In this document: positions 8,273-17,358 of the stretch, piece by piece
How positions within the stretch are numbered: position 1 is the first letter of the stretch
Layout of the letters: every line of letters starts with the position of its first letter
Virus record (IMG/VR): IMGVR_UViG_3300025671_000342
Span: 1 to 30,008 of that record
Source of the DNA: a virus
Taxonomy: Duplodnaviria > Caudoviricetes
Direction: 5' to 3' (one strand)
DNA length: 30,008 nucleotides
Notes under the pieces: generated by a model
What the model was told of the DNA's origin: nothing
Seen by the model: the letters and a program-made list of their open reading frames with translations, nothing else
Databases searched by the model: none
Position numbers and translations under genes: made by a program

Positions 8273-9506
8273 TAGTCCTTTTGACACCGCTTGGGCTATC
8301 GTGAAAATGCCCATGTATTACCACGCAACACCCACAAAAAACCTTGACCCTATCCTCCGTGAAGGCATTCGTAGCAATTTTGGCGAGGTTTATGCTTCGC
8401 TTGACCCTGAAATCGCCCGCAGGTGGATTTCATTCACCCAAAGGCAAAGTCCCGAAGTGTCCGTCATTCCGTTTTGGCGTGATGAGGGCGACCCACGAAT
8501 GACACCCGGTGCAGACCACAGCCCCATGATGCTCGCTTTGTTGGGCTACGATCCTAACGAAGTGAGTGGACAGGCTTCGTTTGTATCAAGTGAGCCAATC
8601 CCACCACAGGATATTTGGCCTGATGCTGTGCAAAATGAGCGTAGTCCGGGCATTTTGACCTATCCGAATCCAATGTATGATGAAGGATATGCCGAGATGA
8701 TGGAGAAGGTTCGCCAAATGCAAATGGAACACATCAATTCACAGGATGAGGATGACGGCATTGAAAAATATGACGAATTGAGTTATTCACTCGTTGGGAG
8801 TCCTTTAAGTGCAAAAACGCCACATAAAGACCAATGGGCGTTGTTTGACACAAGCCTCCCTGAGCCATTTGAAGTGGGGCGTTTTGCCATTGACCTCCCA
8901 CGCCCACAATTGCCAACCCAATTCAACGCTTTTTTAGCGTCAAGACTACAACCCGATGGCACATTAAGACCCCATCATAAAAATCAACCTCATAACACCG
9001 CCTATTCACTGTTCACCGAACCTTACACCAATCAGCCCATTCCGCTTGTTCATGCAAACATAGATGAAGGCTATCAAGGGCAGGGGTTGTATAGTGAAAG
9101 GGTTCTCCCTGCTTTGATTGAGCATTATGGCACTTTGGGGTCATTGTATGATGCAAGAAGTCTTGCCGCCGATTTTGCACATAAAAGGTTGAGAAGAAAA
9201 CTTGGAGGGTTTGTTGATCGTGAAGTGACACCGCAAGGCATGACTCTTCAAGAAACAAACCGATTCGTTGATACACCGGGTTTGTTGGATGCTTATGAAA
9301 AATGGGGTTTGGATGTGTCACCTAAAGAACAAGAGGGATTGATGGAATGGACTCAAGGCTATGACCCTAAATACAGAACAGGAAAAATTGACACTTACAC
9401 GCTTAGTGACAAACCTATGGCTCGTGAACACCTTTCGCAATTGCTTGAGCAACGGCACTTTGAACCTAAACCAATGCACCCAAAGGATGTTCTAAGCCTT
9501 TTTTGA
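8256..9506 (+). CDS. Tagged two-domain protein: ART-like N-terminus plus GNAT-like C-terminus
   Basis: MMNLSDSPFDTAWAIVKMP; YYHATPTKNLDPILREGI, VYAS, IPPQDI; VHANIDEGYQGQGLYS; start 8256 or 8259. Confidence 0.65.
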   Translation: MMNLSDSPFDTAWAIVKMPMYYHATPTKNLDPILREGIRSNFGEVYASLDPEIARRWISFTQRQSPEVSVIPFWRDEGDPRMTPGADHSPMMLALLGYDPNEVSGQASFVSSEPIPPQDIWPDAVQNERSPGILTYPNPMYDEGYAEMMEKVRQMQMEHINSQDEDDGIEKYDELSYSLVGSPLSAKTPHKDQWALFDTSLPEPFEVGRFAIDLPRPQLPTQFNAFLASRLQPDGTLRPHHKNQPHNTAYSLFTEPYTNQPIPLVHANIDEGYQGQGLYSERVLPALIEHYGTLGSLYDARSLAADFAHKRLRRKLGGFVDREVTPQGMTLQETNRFVDTPGLLDAYEKWGLDVSPKEQEGLMEWTQGYDPKYRTGKIDTYTLSDKPMAREHLSQLLEQRHFEPKPMHPKDVLSLF

Positions 9507-11063
9507 TGAAATTACATCGTCAATGCGGAGAATCATAATGGCGGTTTCAACCGCTGACTTGATTGCTTGAGCAACCACGCGCTTTGGCTCAAAGACTCCT
9601 GCCTCAGCCATATCCGCTAAACCACCTTCAAAGACATTCACACCGTATGCGGTGTTGTCGTTTGATGCGTGATGGGTGCGGAGGGTCATCATTTCATCAA
9701 CGGGGTCAAGTCCTGCGTTCTCCACGAGCGTGCGAGGAACAACGAGCAACGCTTCGGCAAACGCCTCAGTCGCCATACGCTCACGACCATGTTGGGTTTG
9801 AGCCAAATCGTGCAATTTGTGCGAAAGTGCGGCGAAAACAGAACCACCGCCTGTCAGCACTTTGCCATCCTCGTGAGCAACGGACACAACACCAACGGCA
9901 TCGTCAAAGGCACGCTCAATTTCTTCAACAAAAGGAACAGTCCCGCCACGAAGGATGAGGGTGACAGGCACAGCGTTTGCAGGATCTTCAAAGAAAACCA
10001 TCGGCAATTCACCGATTTTCTTTTCCTCAACCAAGCCACATTCGCCCAAAACATCCTCTCCTGCTCGCACATCCTCAAGGTTATTCAGGATTGAAGCCCC
10101 TGTGGTTCGTGACAAAGCCTCAATATCGGACTTGGGGACTTTTTCAACAGCGAGAACACCCGCTTTGGCGAGATAATGCTTTGCCAAATCATCAATTTCC
10201 TTTTGGCAAACAACCACCTTTGCACCGCTTGACACAATATCACTAACGAGGTTGCGAAGGAATTCCTCTTCTTGTTCAAGGAATGCTGTAATTTGGTTGG
10301 GATCGGTGATTTGGATGTTGGCATCCATTTCGGTGGTTTGCACCATTAGGGAATTGTTGTAAAGCAAAACCTTCGGAGAAGTGATTGAAAGAGGCATATT
10401 GGGGTGACAGCGTTCTTTGTCAAGAACGACTGACGAAACCAACCGACTGTCAATAGCCTCGCCACCGACAGCCTTGACGACCATGATTTCATTCAAGTCC
10501 ACACGACCACTCGCTGAGAGGCGTGCAACAGCATCAACACAAATGCGACCCAAGAATTCCTTAATTGAACCTGCGGATTTGCCCGTGAGCGAGGTTTGAG
10601 CCACACTCAAAAGAGCATCAGCGTCACCATCAAACGCCAAATCGTCAATCATCGCATTTAATTCCGTCCCGACTTTGCGGAATGTGTCGCAAATGGTGGT
10701 TGGGTGGATGTTTTGTGAAATCAATTCCTCCGACTTCTTCAACAATTCGCCTGAAAGGATGACAGCCGTTGTAGTGCCGTCATAGCACTCTTGTTCTTGA
10801 GTCTTTGACACTTCAATAATCATTTTTGCGGCGGGGTGTTCAATGTCCATTTCACGAAGGATTGTAGCCCCATCGTTTGTGATAATCACATCCCCTCCTT
10901 CATCCACGAGCATTTTGTCCATGCCTTTCGGCCCAAGCGTTGAACGCACAGCGTCAGCAACGGCTCGTGCGGCGGCGATGTTGTTGGATTGGGCTACACG
11001 ACCATGACTTCTTTCTGTTCCTTCACGCAATATGAACACGGGGGCTTGACCGTTGGGCATCAT
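9492..11063 (-). CDS. ths: Thermosome subunit (group II chaperonin, TCP-1/cpn60 family)
   Basis: [64 protein letters not shown]; start reset to MMPNGQ (11063 or 11060, GGTGA upstream). Confidence 0.95.
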   Translation of the reverse strand: MMPNGQAPVFILREGTERSHGRVAQSNNIAAARAVADAVRSTLGPKGMDKMLVDEGGDVIITNDGATILREMDIEHPAAKMIIEVSKTQEQECYDGTTTAVILSGELLKKSEELISQNIHPTTICDTFRKVGTELNAMIDDLAFDGDADALLSVAQTSLTGKSAGSIKEFLGRICVDAVARLSASGRVDLNEIMVVKAVGGEAIDSRLVSSVVLDKERCHPNMPLSITSPKVLLYNNSLMVQTTEMDANIQITDPNQITAFLEQEEEFLRNLVSDIVSSGAKVVVCQKEIDDLAKHYLAKAGVLAVEKVPKSDIEALSRTTGASILNNLEDVRAGEDVLGECGLVEEKKIGELPMVFFEDPANAVPVTLILRGGTVPFVEEIERAFDDAVGVVSVAHEDGKVLTGGGSVFAALSHKLHDLAQTQHGRERMATEAFAEALLVVPRTLVENAGLDPVDEMMTLRTHHASNDNTAYGVNVFEGGLADMAEAGVFEPKRVVAQAIKSAVETAIMILRIDDVISSKKA

Positions 11064-11155
11064 GTTCACCGCCACACAAACCAAGCATATTAACCCTGTG
11101 ATGATTGACAACAATGACAACAAAGGCTTTCAACCAATACGCCTTCAACCGACAC
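11064..11155. promoter_or_regulatory. Divergent promoter region (thermosome leftward, Gp88-like gene rightward)
   Basis: Minus-strand TTAATATGCTT begins 30 nt before ATG 11063; plus-strand TTTCAA begins 28 nt before the ATG of CACATG at 11156. Confidence 0.45.
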
Positions 11156-12295
11156 ATGGCGGATGCTTTGACTGTTGGTCTTGGGCATCTCCTTATCAAA
11201 GCGTTAGGCGATCCTGACGAGATGTTTTGGTGGGACAAACGCTACGGAGGAACATACCCCGAAGGCAAAGCCCTATCCGAAGGAGGTTCGGGTTCTTTTG
11301 ACATTATGGATTGGATTATCAACAATCCCGACAAAGTGAATGCCTACATCAATAACCCCGATGGTTCACCCCGCACAATTGACTTCCCTCTTGACATTGA
11401 CTATGAATTACCCGAATTCAGTGAGGTGAGAGCAGATTTGTCAAATCCTTACGATTTGACCCTCGCCGCTAAGAAATTAGCCCATCATGGTGAACCAAGC
11501 AAAATGGCGGGTGGGTCAATTATGGACACCCCGCCACGAGCCTGTATCTTTTCAACACCCGATAACCCCAATAGTGCGTGTGGGAATTGTTATGCCTGTA
11601 AAGGAAATCACCGTTTTAATTCAAAGCAAACCTCAATGTGGCGCACTTTGGATAGGTTGCTAACTGACCCAATCCCACTCACCGCCGCTTACGCTGATAC
11701 GGTGCTTCCCCAAGCCCAATTGATGCGAACATCACGAAGGGATAAACCCGTAGCGAGGGTGAACACTTCGGGTGACGCATTGGGTATGGGTGGTTTAGCC
11801 GCACCCGATGCCGTAGCGAGGCTGAACCCCTCCATGGACTTTTGGCTCGCTACACGCCAATACCCGTTTGTTAGGGATTTGCTTGATGTGCGAGGGTGGG
11901 ACGATGATGCCTTTGCTCAAAACATGGCTGTCAATGTTTCATTACCGGGCAAAATGACACCTGACGATGTTGTGCCGGGAACAGAATGGAAGGGAAGAGA
12001 TCCTTTGGGCAATATGCACACTGTTGATTTGTATGAATTGGGACAACACCCTGCGATTGATTGGACAACCTATGATGCCTTTGACAATCAAACGACCATT
12101 TGTCCCGCCACTATACCCGGCAACCCACGAAAGTGCGATGAAGTCTATGACCCTCTCACGAACACCATGAAATGCAGGGCGTGCTACCGAAGAGGCACAA
12201 ATGTCGGATATATGGATCACGATGACCCACTCTCACAAATGCCACCAACGATGCTTGAGATATTGTGGGACAACCTGAAAAGGCGGGTGGGTTAA
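11156..12295 (+). CDS. Phage Gp88-like Cys-rich protein (radical-SAM-like Fe-S candidate)
   Basis: PSKM...C...ACGNCYACKGN...RVNTSGD...FWLATR...CPA...KC...CRACY matches my recollection of the GP88 family; start reset to MADALTVG. Confidence 0.65.
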   Translation: MADALTVGLGHLLIKALGDPDEMFWWDKRYGGTYPEGKALSEGGSGSFDIMDWIINNPDKVNAYINNPDGSPRTIDFPLDIDYELPEFSEVRADLSNPYDLTLAAKKLAHHGEPSKMAGGSIMDTPPRACIFSTPDNPNSACGNCYACKGNHRFNSKQTSMWRTLDRLLTDPIPLTAAYADTVLPQAQLMRTSRRDKPVARVNTSGDALGMGGLAAPDAVARLNPSMDFWLATRQYPFVRDLLDVRGWDDDAFAQNMAVNVSLPGKMTPDDVVPGTEWKGRDPLGNMHTVDLYELGQHPAIDWTTYDAFDNQTTICPATIPGNPRKCDEVYDPLTNTMKCRACYRRGTNVGYMDHDDPLSQMPPTMLEILWDNLKRRVG

Positions 12296-13932
12296 TGGTC
12301 GGACTTGAAAGACCACAGGGGCAACCCCGTATTTTCACACACCCCGCCAACACCAACCCCCCGTCAATGTTTGACCCTGACATCACCATTGAGGGCGAGG
12401 ATGCCGTTCAAGCCGACATGGGTGGCGATGCCTGTTGCATTGATGCAAAGAATAAGTGGATTGAGGGATTGCGGGAGATTTTTGGTGAGGATATTCACGG
12501 AGGGCAGGTTATTGCCGCATCAGCACATCCCGATTCGGACTATTCAAATGCGGGAATCAAAAATCACCGCACTTCTCCGTATTTTGACACAAACGGTGAA
12601 ATTTACCGAGCCTATGAAGAAATGTCATGCGAAGAATTCCGTGATGCCATTGAACAATTTGCAGGTGGTCGTCCCGGCCCGTATTACAAGGCAAATGTAG
12701 GCAACAGACGAAACCCAACCTCCGAGCATTACCTCGCTAAGCGCATTCTTGAAGAATGGGATATGTGTGAAGCCAAATCCACTTTTGGGAACGACATGAG
12801 CATTTACGCATCGGAGGATGCCTTTGATGCAGGATGGAACGCCATTCAAAAGCAAATAGGGCGGGATGATTACACCTACTCAATGTATCTCCAACCTTCA
12901 CTGCTAACCGATACAGGACCGCTTCAAAGAGAAATCCCCATGCAATTGGGGATGTATTCGGTGGGGAGTCTCCCCCTCAACACCGCTGTGCAACACTTGG
13001 AACAGTTAGAGCAAGATCCAACAGAATTCGCCACGCAATTGGGATATGAAACGCCTGAAAGTGCGGGATTGCGTCAAGAGGACTTTGACGAGGATGAGTG
13101 GTGGGAGGTGTTAGCCCAACATGGTATTTCAGGCTCGCCCGAAGAATTCCTTGAACATGAAGGAATGGACACTTGGCGAGTGCAACAGATATTAGAACAA
13201 TTCGCCAATCTTGCGGGCAGGATGCCGATGGCTGATGAATTGCGTGCCAACCTTGACCACTCCTATTACTATCCACAGGCGGTTCAATACGGCGGGGGTA
13301 TCAACAGGTATTTGCAGTGGGCTGACGAAAGAAGGGATGAAGGCAGGGACACTATGCCTGTTTCATCAGGAAGCATCAGTGCTTTGGGTCAAGGGCCGAT
13401 GATTGATGTGAACCCATTGTTCAGGGGAATGGGACTCGGATTGAATACGATGGGTTCATTGTTGGAAAATGTAGGGCGTATTGAAGAAGCAGTCGCCTCA
13501 CCTGCGGGTTTGGGTGCATTTAGAGCCATGGATGCAGGATTGCGTGAAATGGGAATTGACCCAAACACGAAAATCAATGTGAACAATTTGATGGAGAATG
13601 AAAGGCAAAGAGCAGAACAATGGGGATATAACCGAGACAGCAGATACCCTGTGCGAGGTATTATGTCAATGTCCGTTCCTGAAGGCACACAAATCAACCC
13701 CGTTTTACCAAACACAGCGAAACTTTTGCTTGGGACGAGGGATATGAATGAACAAGGCATAGAACCTATTGCTTTGGAGGATATGCGGAATTTGATTGAC
13801 AGGACACAAGAAGAAATACCCAAACGGCAATTGGGTCAAATTCTTTCACCACCGGGATTGCGAGGGCAACCATTTAGGCAACCACGCTTTTTGGACAAGG
13901 ATAATTTTAGGGTGGAGGGACTTTGGGGATGA
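12295..13932 (+). CDS. Multidomain protein with internal tag and C-terminal GNAT-like domain
   Basis: TAATG overlap start (MVGLERP); Cys-containing N-domain (CC...C...C); internal SEDAFDAGWNAIQK; IDVNPLFRGMGLG. Confidence 0.7.
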   Translation: MVGLERPQGQPRIFTHPANTNPPSMFDPDITIEGEDAVQADMGGDACCIDAKNKWIEGLREIFGEDIHGGQVIAASAHPDSDYSNAGIKNHRTSPYFDTNGEIYRAYEEMSCEEFRDAIEQFAGGRPGPYYKANVGNRRNPTSEHYLAKRILEEWDMCEAKSTFGNDMSIYASEDAFDAGWNAIQKQIGRDDYTYSMYLQPSLLTDTGPLQREIPMQLGMYSVGSLPLNTAVQHLEQLEQDPTEFATQLGYETPESAGLRQEDFDEDEWWEVLAQHGISGSPEEFLEHEGMDTWRVQQILEQFANLAGRMPMADELRANLDHSYYYPQAVQYGGGINRYLQWADERRDEGRDTMPVSSGSISALGQGPMIDVNPLFRGMGLGLNTMGSLLENVGRIEEAVASPAGLGAFRAMDAGLREMGIDPNTKINVNNLMENERQRAEQWGYNRDSRYPVRGIMSMSVPEGTQINPVLPNTAKLLLGTRDMNEQGIEPIALEDMRNLIDRTQEEIPKRQLGQILSPPGLRGQPFRQPRFLDKDNFRVEGLWG

Positions 13933-16103
13933 CCTTTACCGCTGTTTGGGACGCTATCATCAAAGAGGTGAGGGGGTCGGATGAAGAACCAAAAGGACGC
14001 TTCTTTAGTAGGGAATTCCCTTATGGAGATCCTAACGCATACCCCGACAATGATTTGAGAATTCGCCGTCCCACCGATGACGGCAGTGGTGACTATTTGG
14101 GCTATTACACACACAGGGATGGGAAGGCATACACCTTTCTTGAACCGTTTGCACAAGGCAGTGGATGGCGACCTTTACCCACCGATGTAAAATTTGAAAG
14201 TGCTAAATTTGATGAGAATGCCCCTGACCCGTGGCTTCGTGACAAAAGAGGCAATCGTGTTCCTGCACTAAGCCCACAGCGAGATCGCGTCTTAGGGATG
14301 GATATTATGGACACTGCTATGCACGAAGGGGGTCATCAAGCCACCCATCAAGAAATAGATGATGCCATAGACCAAGCAAAGCACGCCATAGCCGGGAAAA
14401 CCACTTGGTCATCCGACTCATACGGACAAAGGGATGGTCAAACAGAAGATCCGCTTTACCCAAGGGGTCTGCGAAATCAACAAGTCAGGGCATTCACTGA
14501 CAAGGTGGGTGAGGGTGAAAACCGAAGTCGTGAATACGAATATGAATCCTTAGCAGGTCTTTTGTTGGATAATCCCCAAGCCATGAAAGAATGGTTGAAA
14601 GGGACAGACCAAATGAACGCTTTGTCGTTGAGTGCCTTCAACAACCCTGAAATGCAATTGGATAGCAGTGGACATGAAAAGGCGGCATATACCGTTGAAT
14701 ACCCAAATCATCCGGGCTATGCGGCGGGTAAGTGGCTGATGCACACGAGTGTCCCACAAGCCATGAAACGCAAATACCTCTTAGCGATTGAGCGAGCGCA
14801 AAAAGCGGCAGGAGTCAAAGAACCGATAGCGGGCGATGGTATTGCGAGGCAAATTTCACCAAATTTAGGATTTGGGCGTAGGACGGCGGTGTTGCGTGAA
14901 ATCATGGGCAATCCGCCCGAAAACAGGGACGCACCTGAAAGCAAACGCTTGTTGATGCCCGCAAAAGAGCGAATTCAGCAGAACATGATAAACGCCGCAA
15001 TCGGTCAAGCGTATGGGATATTGGCTCAATCGGGCGACTTTAGGATGCACCCGATTGCAGGGCGAGTGGAACAACATGGTGAAAGAGTCAAACAAGCAAA
15101 GAATTTTGCTAAGCCTCTCATTGACGCTATCAAAAGGCATTTCAAAACAAGTGACGGTCAAGGTGAATCCCTCAAGGATTTGCCCGAAGATCTCCGAATG
15201 GAATTGGGACGGATGCAATTGAGGCAACACTTGGCGAACATGGTCGCTCAGCAATTTGAAATGGAGGCAGATCGTGAAAATGACCCAAGAAAATTATGGG
15301 ACGAATACCAAATCGCTGATAAGGTCAATGAAAGGATGATGGAAAAACACGGTCCTATGCCTATGCGCTATGACATTTGGGATCATAGCCACATGAGTGA
15401 AGATGAACGGGATGAGGCAAACATACCCTACCATCGTTGGTTTGAAGAACGAGTGAATGAAGAAGTCGCTGTGATTGATGAGATGATGAATTCAGGTCCA
15501 TTTACGACTTGGGATAGCAACGGTAAATCCCCATACCTTGAAAACCGCTACGAATACACCGATGATCCCCGTGATAACGCAATTGAAATCCCATACGAAT
15601 ACCGTTCCTCTTTCCGAGAATGGGCTGAACGAAAAGGGGTTGATTTGCACCATTGGGGTGGAGATGAATATGTCAAATTGAAAGGCCCTGTTAAAAGAAC
15701 CACTCCAATGAAACGAATACCCAAGCCCAAATTTGAATATGACCCTGTGTCACGAGCCATCGCTGATGCCTTTATGCTGTCCGAATATGATGTCAAAGGA
15801 GAAGGGCGGTATTCGTCAAGTGATGCACCAACACTTGATGGGAGAATTTTACAGCCCAATGTTCAAGGCAAAAAGTGGGGCGGTGAATTATTCAGTGGAG
15901 AAGTCGCACCTATGCGTGGACACAAGGGCATTTCACCGTGGCATCGCAATTTAACCGACACCACAGACGAGAAAATCACCTCATTACGGGAATACATGAA
16001 AAAGAACACGAGACGCATAGGATTGAATGACTTGCTCGCAGGTATAGCACAAGAGCGATTAGAGGAAGTCCAAAGGCAAAAGCGTGAGCGAGGTGAGGAC
16101 TGA
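13929..16103 (+). CDS. Tagged large protein with zincin-like HExxH metalloprotease motif
   Basis: MTFTAVWDAIIK (ATGA overlap); TAMHEGGHQATH; downstream HEKAAY as a possible third-ligand helix. Confidence 0.6.
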   Translation: MTFTAVWDAIIKEVRGSDEEPKGRFFSREFPYGDPNAYPDNDLRIRRPTDDGSGDYLGYYTHRDGKAYTFLEPFAQGSGWRPLPTDVKFESAKFDENAPDPWLRDKRGNRVPALSPQRDRVLGMDIMDTAMHEGGHQATHQEIDDAIDQAKHAIAGKTTWSSDSYGQRDGQTEDPLYPRGLRNQQVRAFTDKVGEGENRSREYEYESLAGLLLDNPQAMKEWLKGTDQMNALSLSAFNNPEMQLDSSGHEKAAYTVEYPNHPGYAAGKWLMHTSVPQAMKRKYLLAIERAQKAAGVKEPIAGDGIARQISPNLGFGRRTAVLREIMGNPPENRDAPESKRLLMPAKERIQQNMINAAIGQAYGILAQSGDFRMHPIAGRVEQHGERVKQAKNFAKPLIDAIKRHFKTSDGQGESLKDLPEDLRMELGRMQLRQHLANMVAQQFEMEADRENDPRKLWDEYQIADKVNERMMEKHGPMPMRYDIWDHSHMSEDERDEANIPYHRWFEERVNEEVAVIDEMMNSGPFTTWDSNGKSPYLENRYEYTDDPRDNAIEIPYEYRSSFREWAERKGVDLHHWGGDEYVKLKGPVKRTTPMKRIPKPKFEYDPVSRAIADAFMLSEYDVKGEGRYSSSDAPTLDGRILQPNVQGKKWGGELFSGEVAPMRGHKGISPWHRNLTDTTDEKITSLREYMKKNTRRIGLNDLLAGIAQERLEEVQRQKRERGED

Positions 16104-17176
16104 TGGTGGACATCAACGCATTTAGGTCAAGACCTGATTGGTGGTCGGGCCAAGCAAGACTTAGCGGGATGACCAAGCATCCCGGCAACAAAAACAAGCC
16201 TCACTACAACGCCATCATGCGTGCGGCACAAGCGTTGGCGGGGACAACAGGCTTAGACGATCCTGCAAGTGGTGCGGCTGGATTTTTGTTGGGAATGATG
16301 CCGACAGGTCAAGTGAACATGAATGATTATGATTCAGCACTGATGAATGTGATGCGTCAAATTCAAGGGACGGAAGGCGGATTGGTAATACCTTACAGTC
16401 GCTATGGGGGTGTGATGGATAAGCCGACATGGAACAGCGACATTCGTGGAAGCACTATCACAAGAATCAATCGGGGTGAATTGCCTCAAGAGGGTTCAAT
16501 GAATTATTATATGCACAAAATTCGGCAGGGTATTCCTTTGACTCCCGACGAAGAAAGAGAATTCGCCATCATGTATTTGATGAATAAGCAAACAGGCTTT
16601 CAAGGTGGCATTCGCACTGAAACAGGCTACAACAATTACACCCCCGGTAGTCTAAAACGATTCAAGGATGCACAGGACATTAGCCTTGCTCAATACCAAC
16701 CGTTGTTCGCCAATGCAAATTTACGCACAGGAGATGCGGCGGATGCTTTGCGTGAGTGGGACATCAATGACATGAACCTGCTTGGGGCGGATATGCCCTA
16801 CATGAATGAGCCATCCACCTACGGTATTGACTTTGATACGGGGCGTTTCGTTAGTGCGCTGTCCGAAAGAAACGAAGAGGGTCAGCCTATTGTTGCGTTT
16901 GATTCAATGGATGCCGCTGACCTATACAGGGACATTGGGTTGGATGTTGAGCAAATCATGCGTTATGATGGAACAAACCCCGATCCTGCGAAGCGTGGAT
17001 ATGTGCCTGAAATGGTGGCTACAAACATTGAGGGCTTGAGTCCAACAAATGTTCTCCAAAGATTTGGCTATCACAAGAACATACCTCAGCAACAGAAGGA
17101 TTTGCTTGATTGGACAACCGAAAAATCAGCCGACCCGTTTGACTATGGGTGGGCTGTGCTGAAAGGCTCACAATAA
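16103..17176 (+). CDS. Divergent Dam-like (D12 class) DNA adenine methyltransferase with C-terminal tag
   Basis: Collinear Dam motifs: DDPASGAAGFL (motif I), NMNDYDSALMN, YLMNKQTGFQGGIR, LRTGDA, LGADMPY (DPPY-like), EMVATN; ends KSADPFDYGWAVLKGSQ. Confidence 0.6.
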   Translation: MVDINAFRSRPDWWSGQARLSGMTKHPGNKNKPHYNAIMRAAQALAGTTGLDDPASGAAGFLLGMMPTGQVNMNDYDSALMNVMRQIQGTEGGLVIPYSRYGGVMDKPTWNSDIRGSTITRINRGELPQEGSMNYYMHKIRQGIPLTPDEEREFAIMYLMNKQTGFQGGIRTETGYNNYTPGSLKRFKDAQDISLAQYQPLFANANLRTGDAADALREWDINDMNLLGADMPYMNEPSTYGIDFDTGRFVSALSERNEEGQPIVAFDSMDAADLYRDIGLDVEQIMRYDGTNPDPAKRGYVPEMVATNIEGLSPTNVLQRFGYHKNIPQQQKDLLDWTTEKSADPFDYGWAVLKGSQ

Positions 17177-17182
17177 TCACAA

Positions 17183-17215
17183 CCTTGATATGCTTCTCAT
17201 TCTTGACAAGCACAC
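17183..17215 (+). promoter_or_regulatory. Putative leaderless promoter of the RHH-GTPase operon
   Basis: TTGATATGCTT begins 31 nt before the ATG of CACATG, nearly identical to the thermosome promoter TTAATATGCTT. Confidence 0.5.
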
Positions 17216-17356
17216 ATGAGCCGTCATGTGTCAGTCGTGATGAGCGACGATTTGTTTGCTAAAATGGATGCGGCGAGGGGGCGTGAGTCAAAATCCTCGT
17301 TCATCAATCACATTATTAGCGAATATTTCAACAAACAAAAGAAGGAGGATGATTAA
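17216..17356 (+). CDS. Ribbon-helix-helix (CopG/Arc-like) DNA-binding protein, 46 aa, not in the ORF track
   Basis: MSRHVSVVMSDDLFAKMDAARGRESKSSFINHIISEYFNKQKKEDD: alternating beta strand, helix, turn, SxSxxI helix. Confidence 0.75.
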   Translation: MSRHVSVVMSDDLFAKMDAARGRESKSSFINHIISEYFNKQKKEDD

Positions 17357-17358
17357 AA

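Noticed and set aside
1647-8312. Tag repeats as a CRISPR array, integron attC sites or DGR repeats
   Set aside because: Repeats are in-frame coding with synonymous variation and are spaced by whole genes; no cas, integrase, reverse transcriptase or attC-like palindrome is visible
9492-11123. Cellular archaeal chromosome origin suggested by thermosome and HMG-CoA lyase; hydrophobic N-terminal extension on the thermosome
   Set aside because: Terminase, dense unknown genes and lack of housekeeping context indicate a virus; the 11123-11064 extension overlaps the promoter and precedes the SD
2189-13928. Longer ORF-track starts (2189, 3677, 4441, 5246, 8223, 11105, 12265, 13923)
   Set aside because: Downstream ATGs fit the tag, stop/start overlap or promoter spacing better
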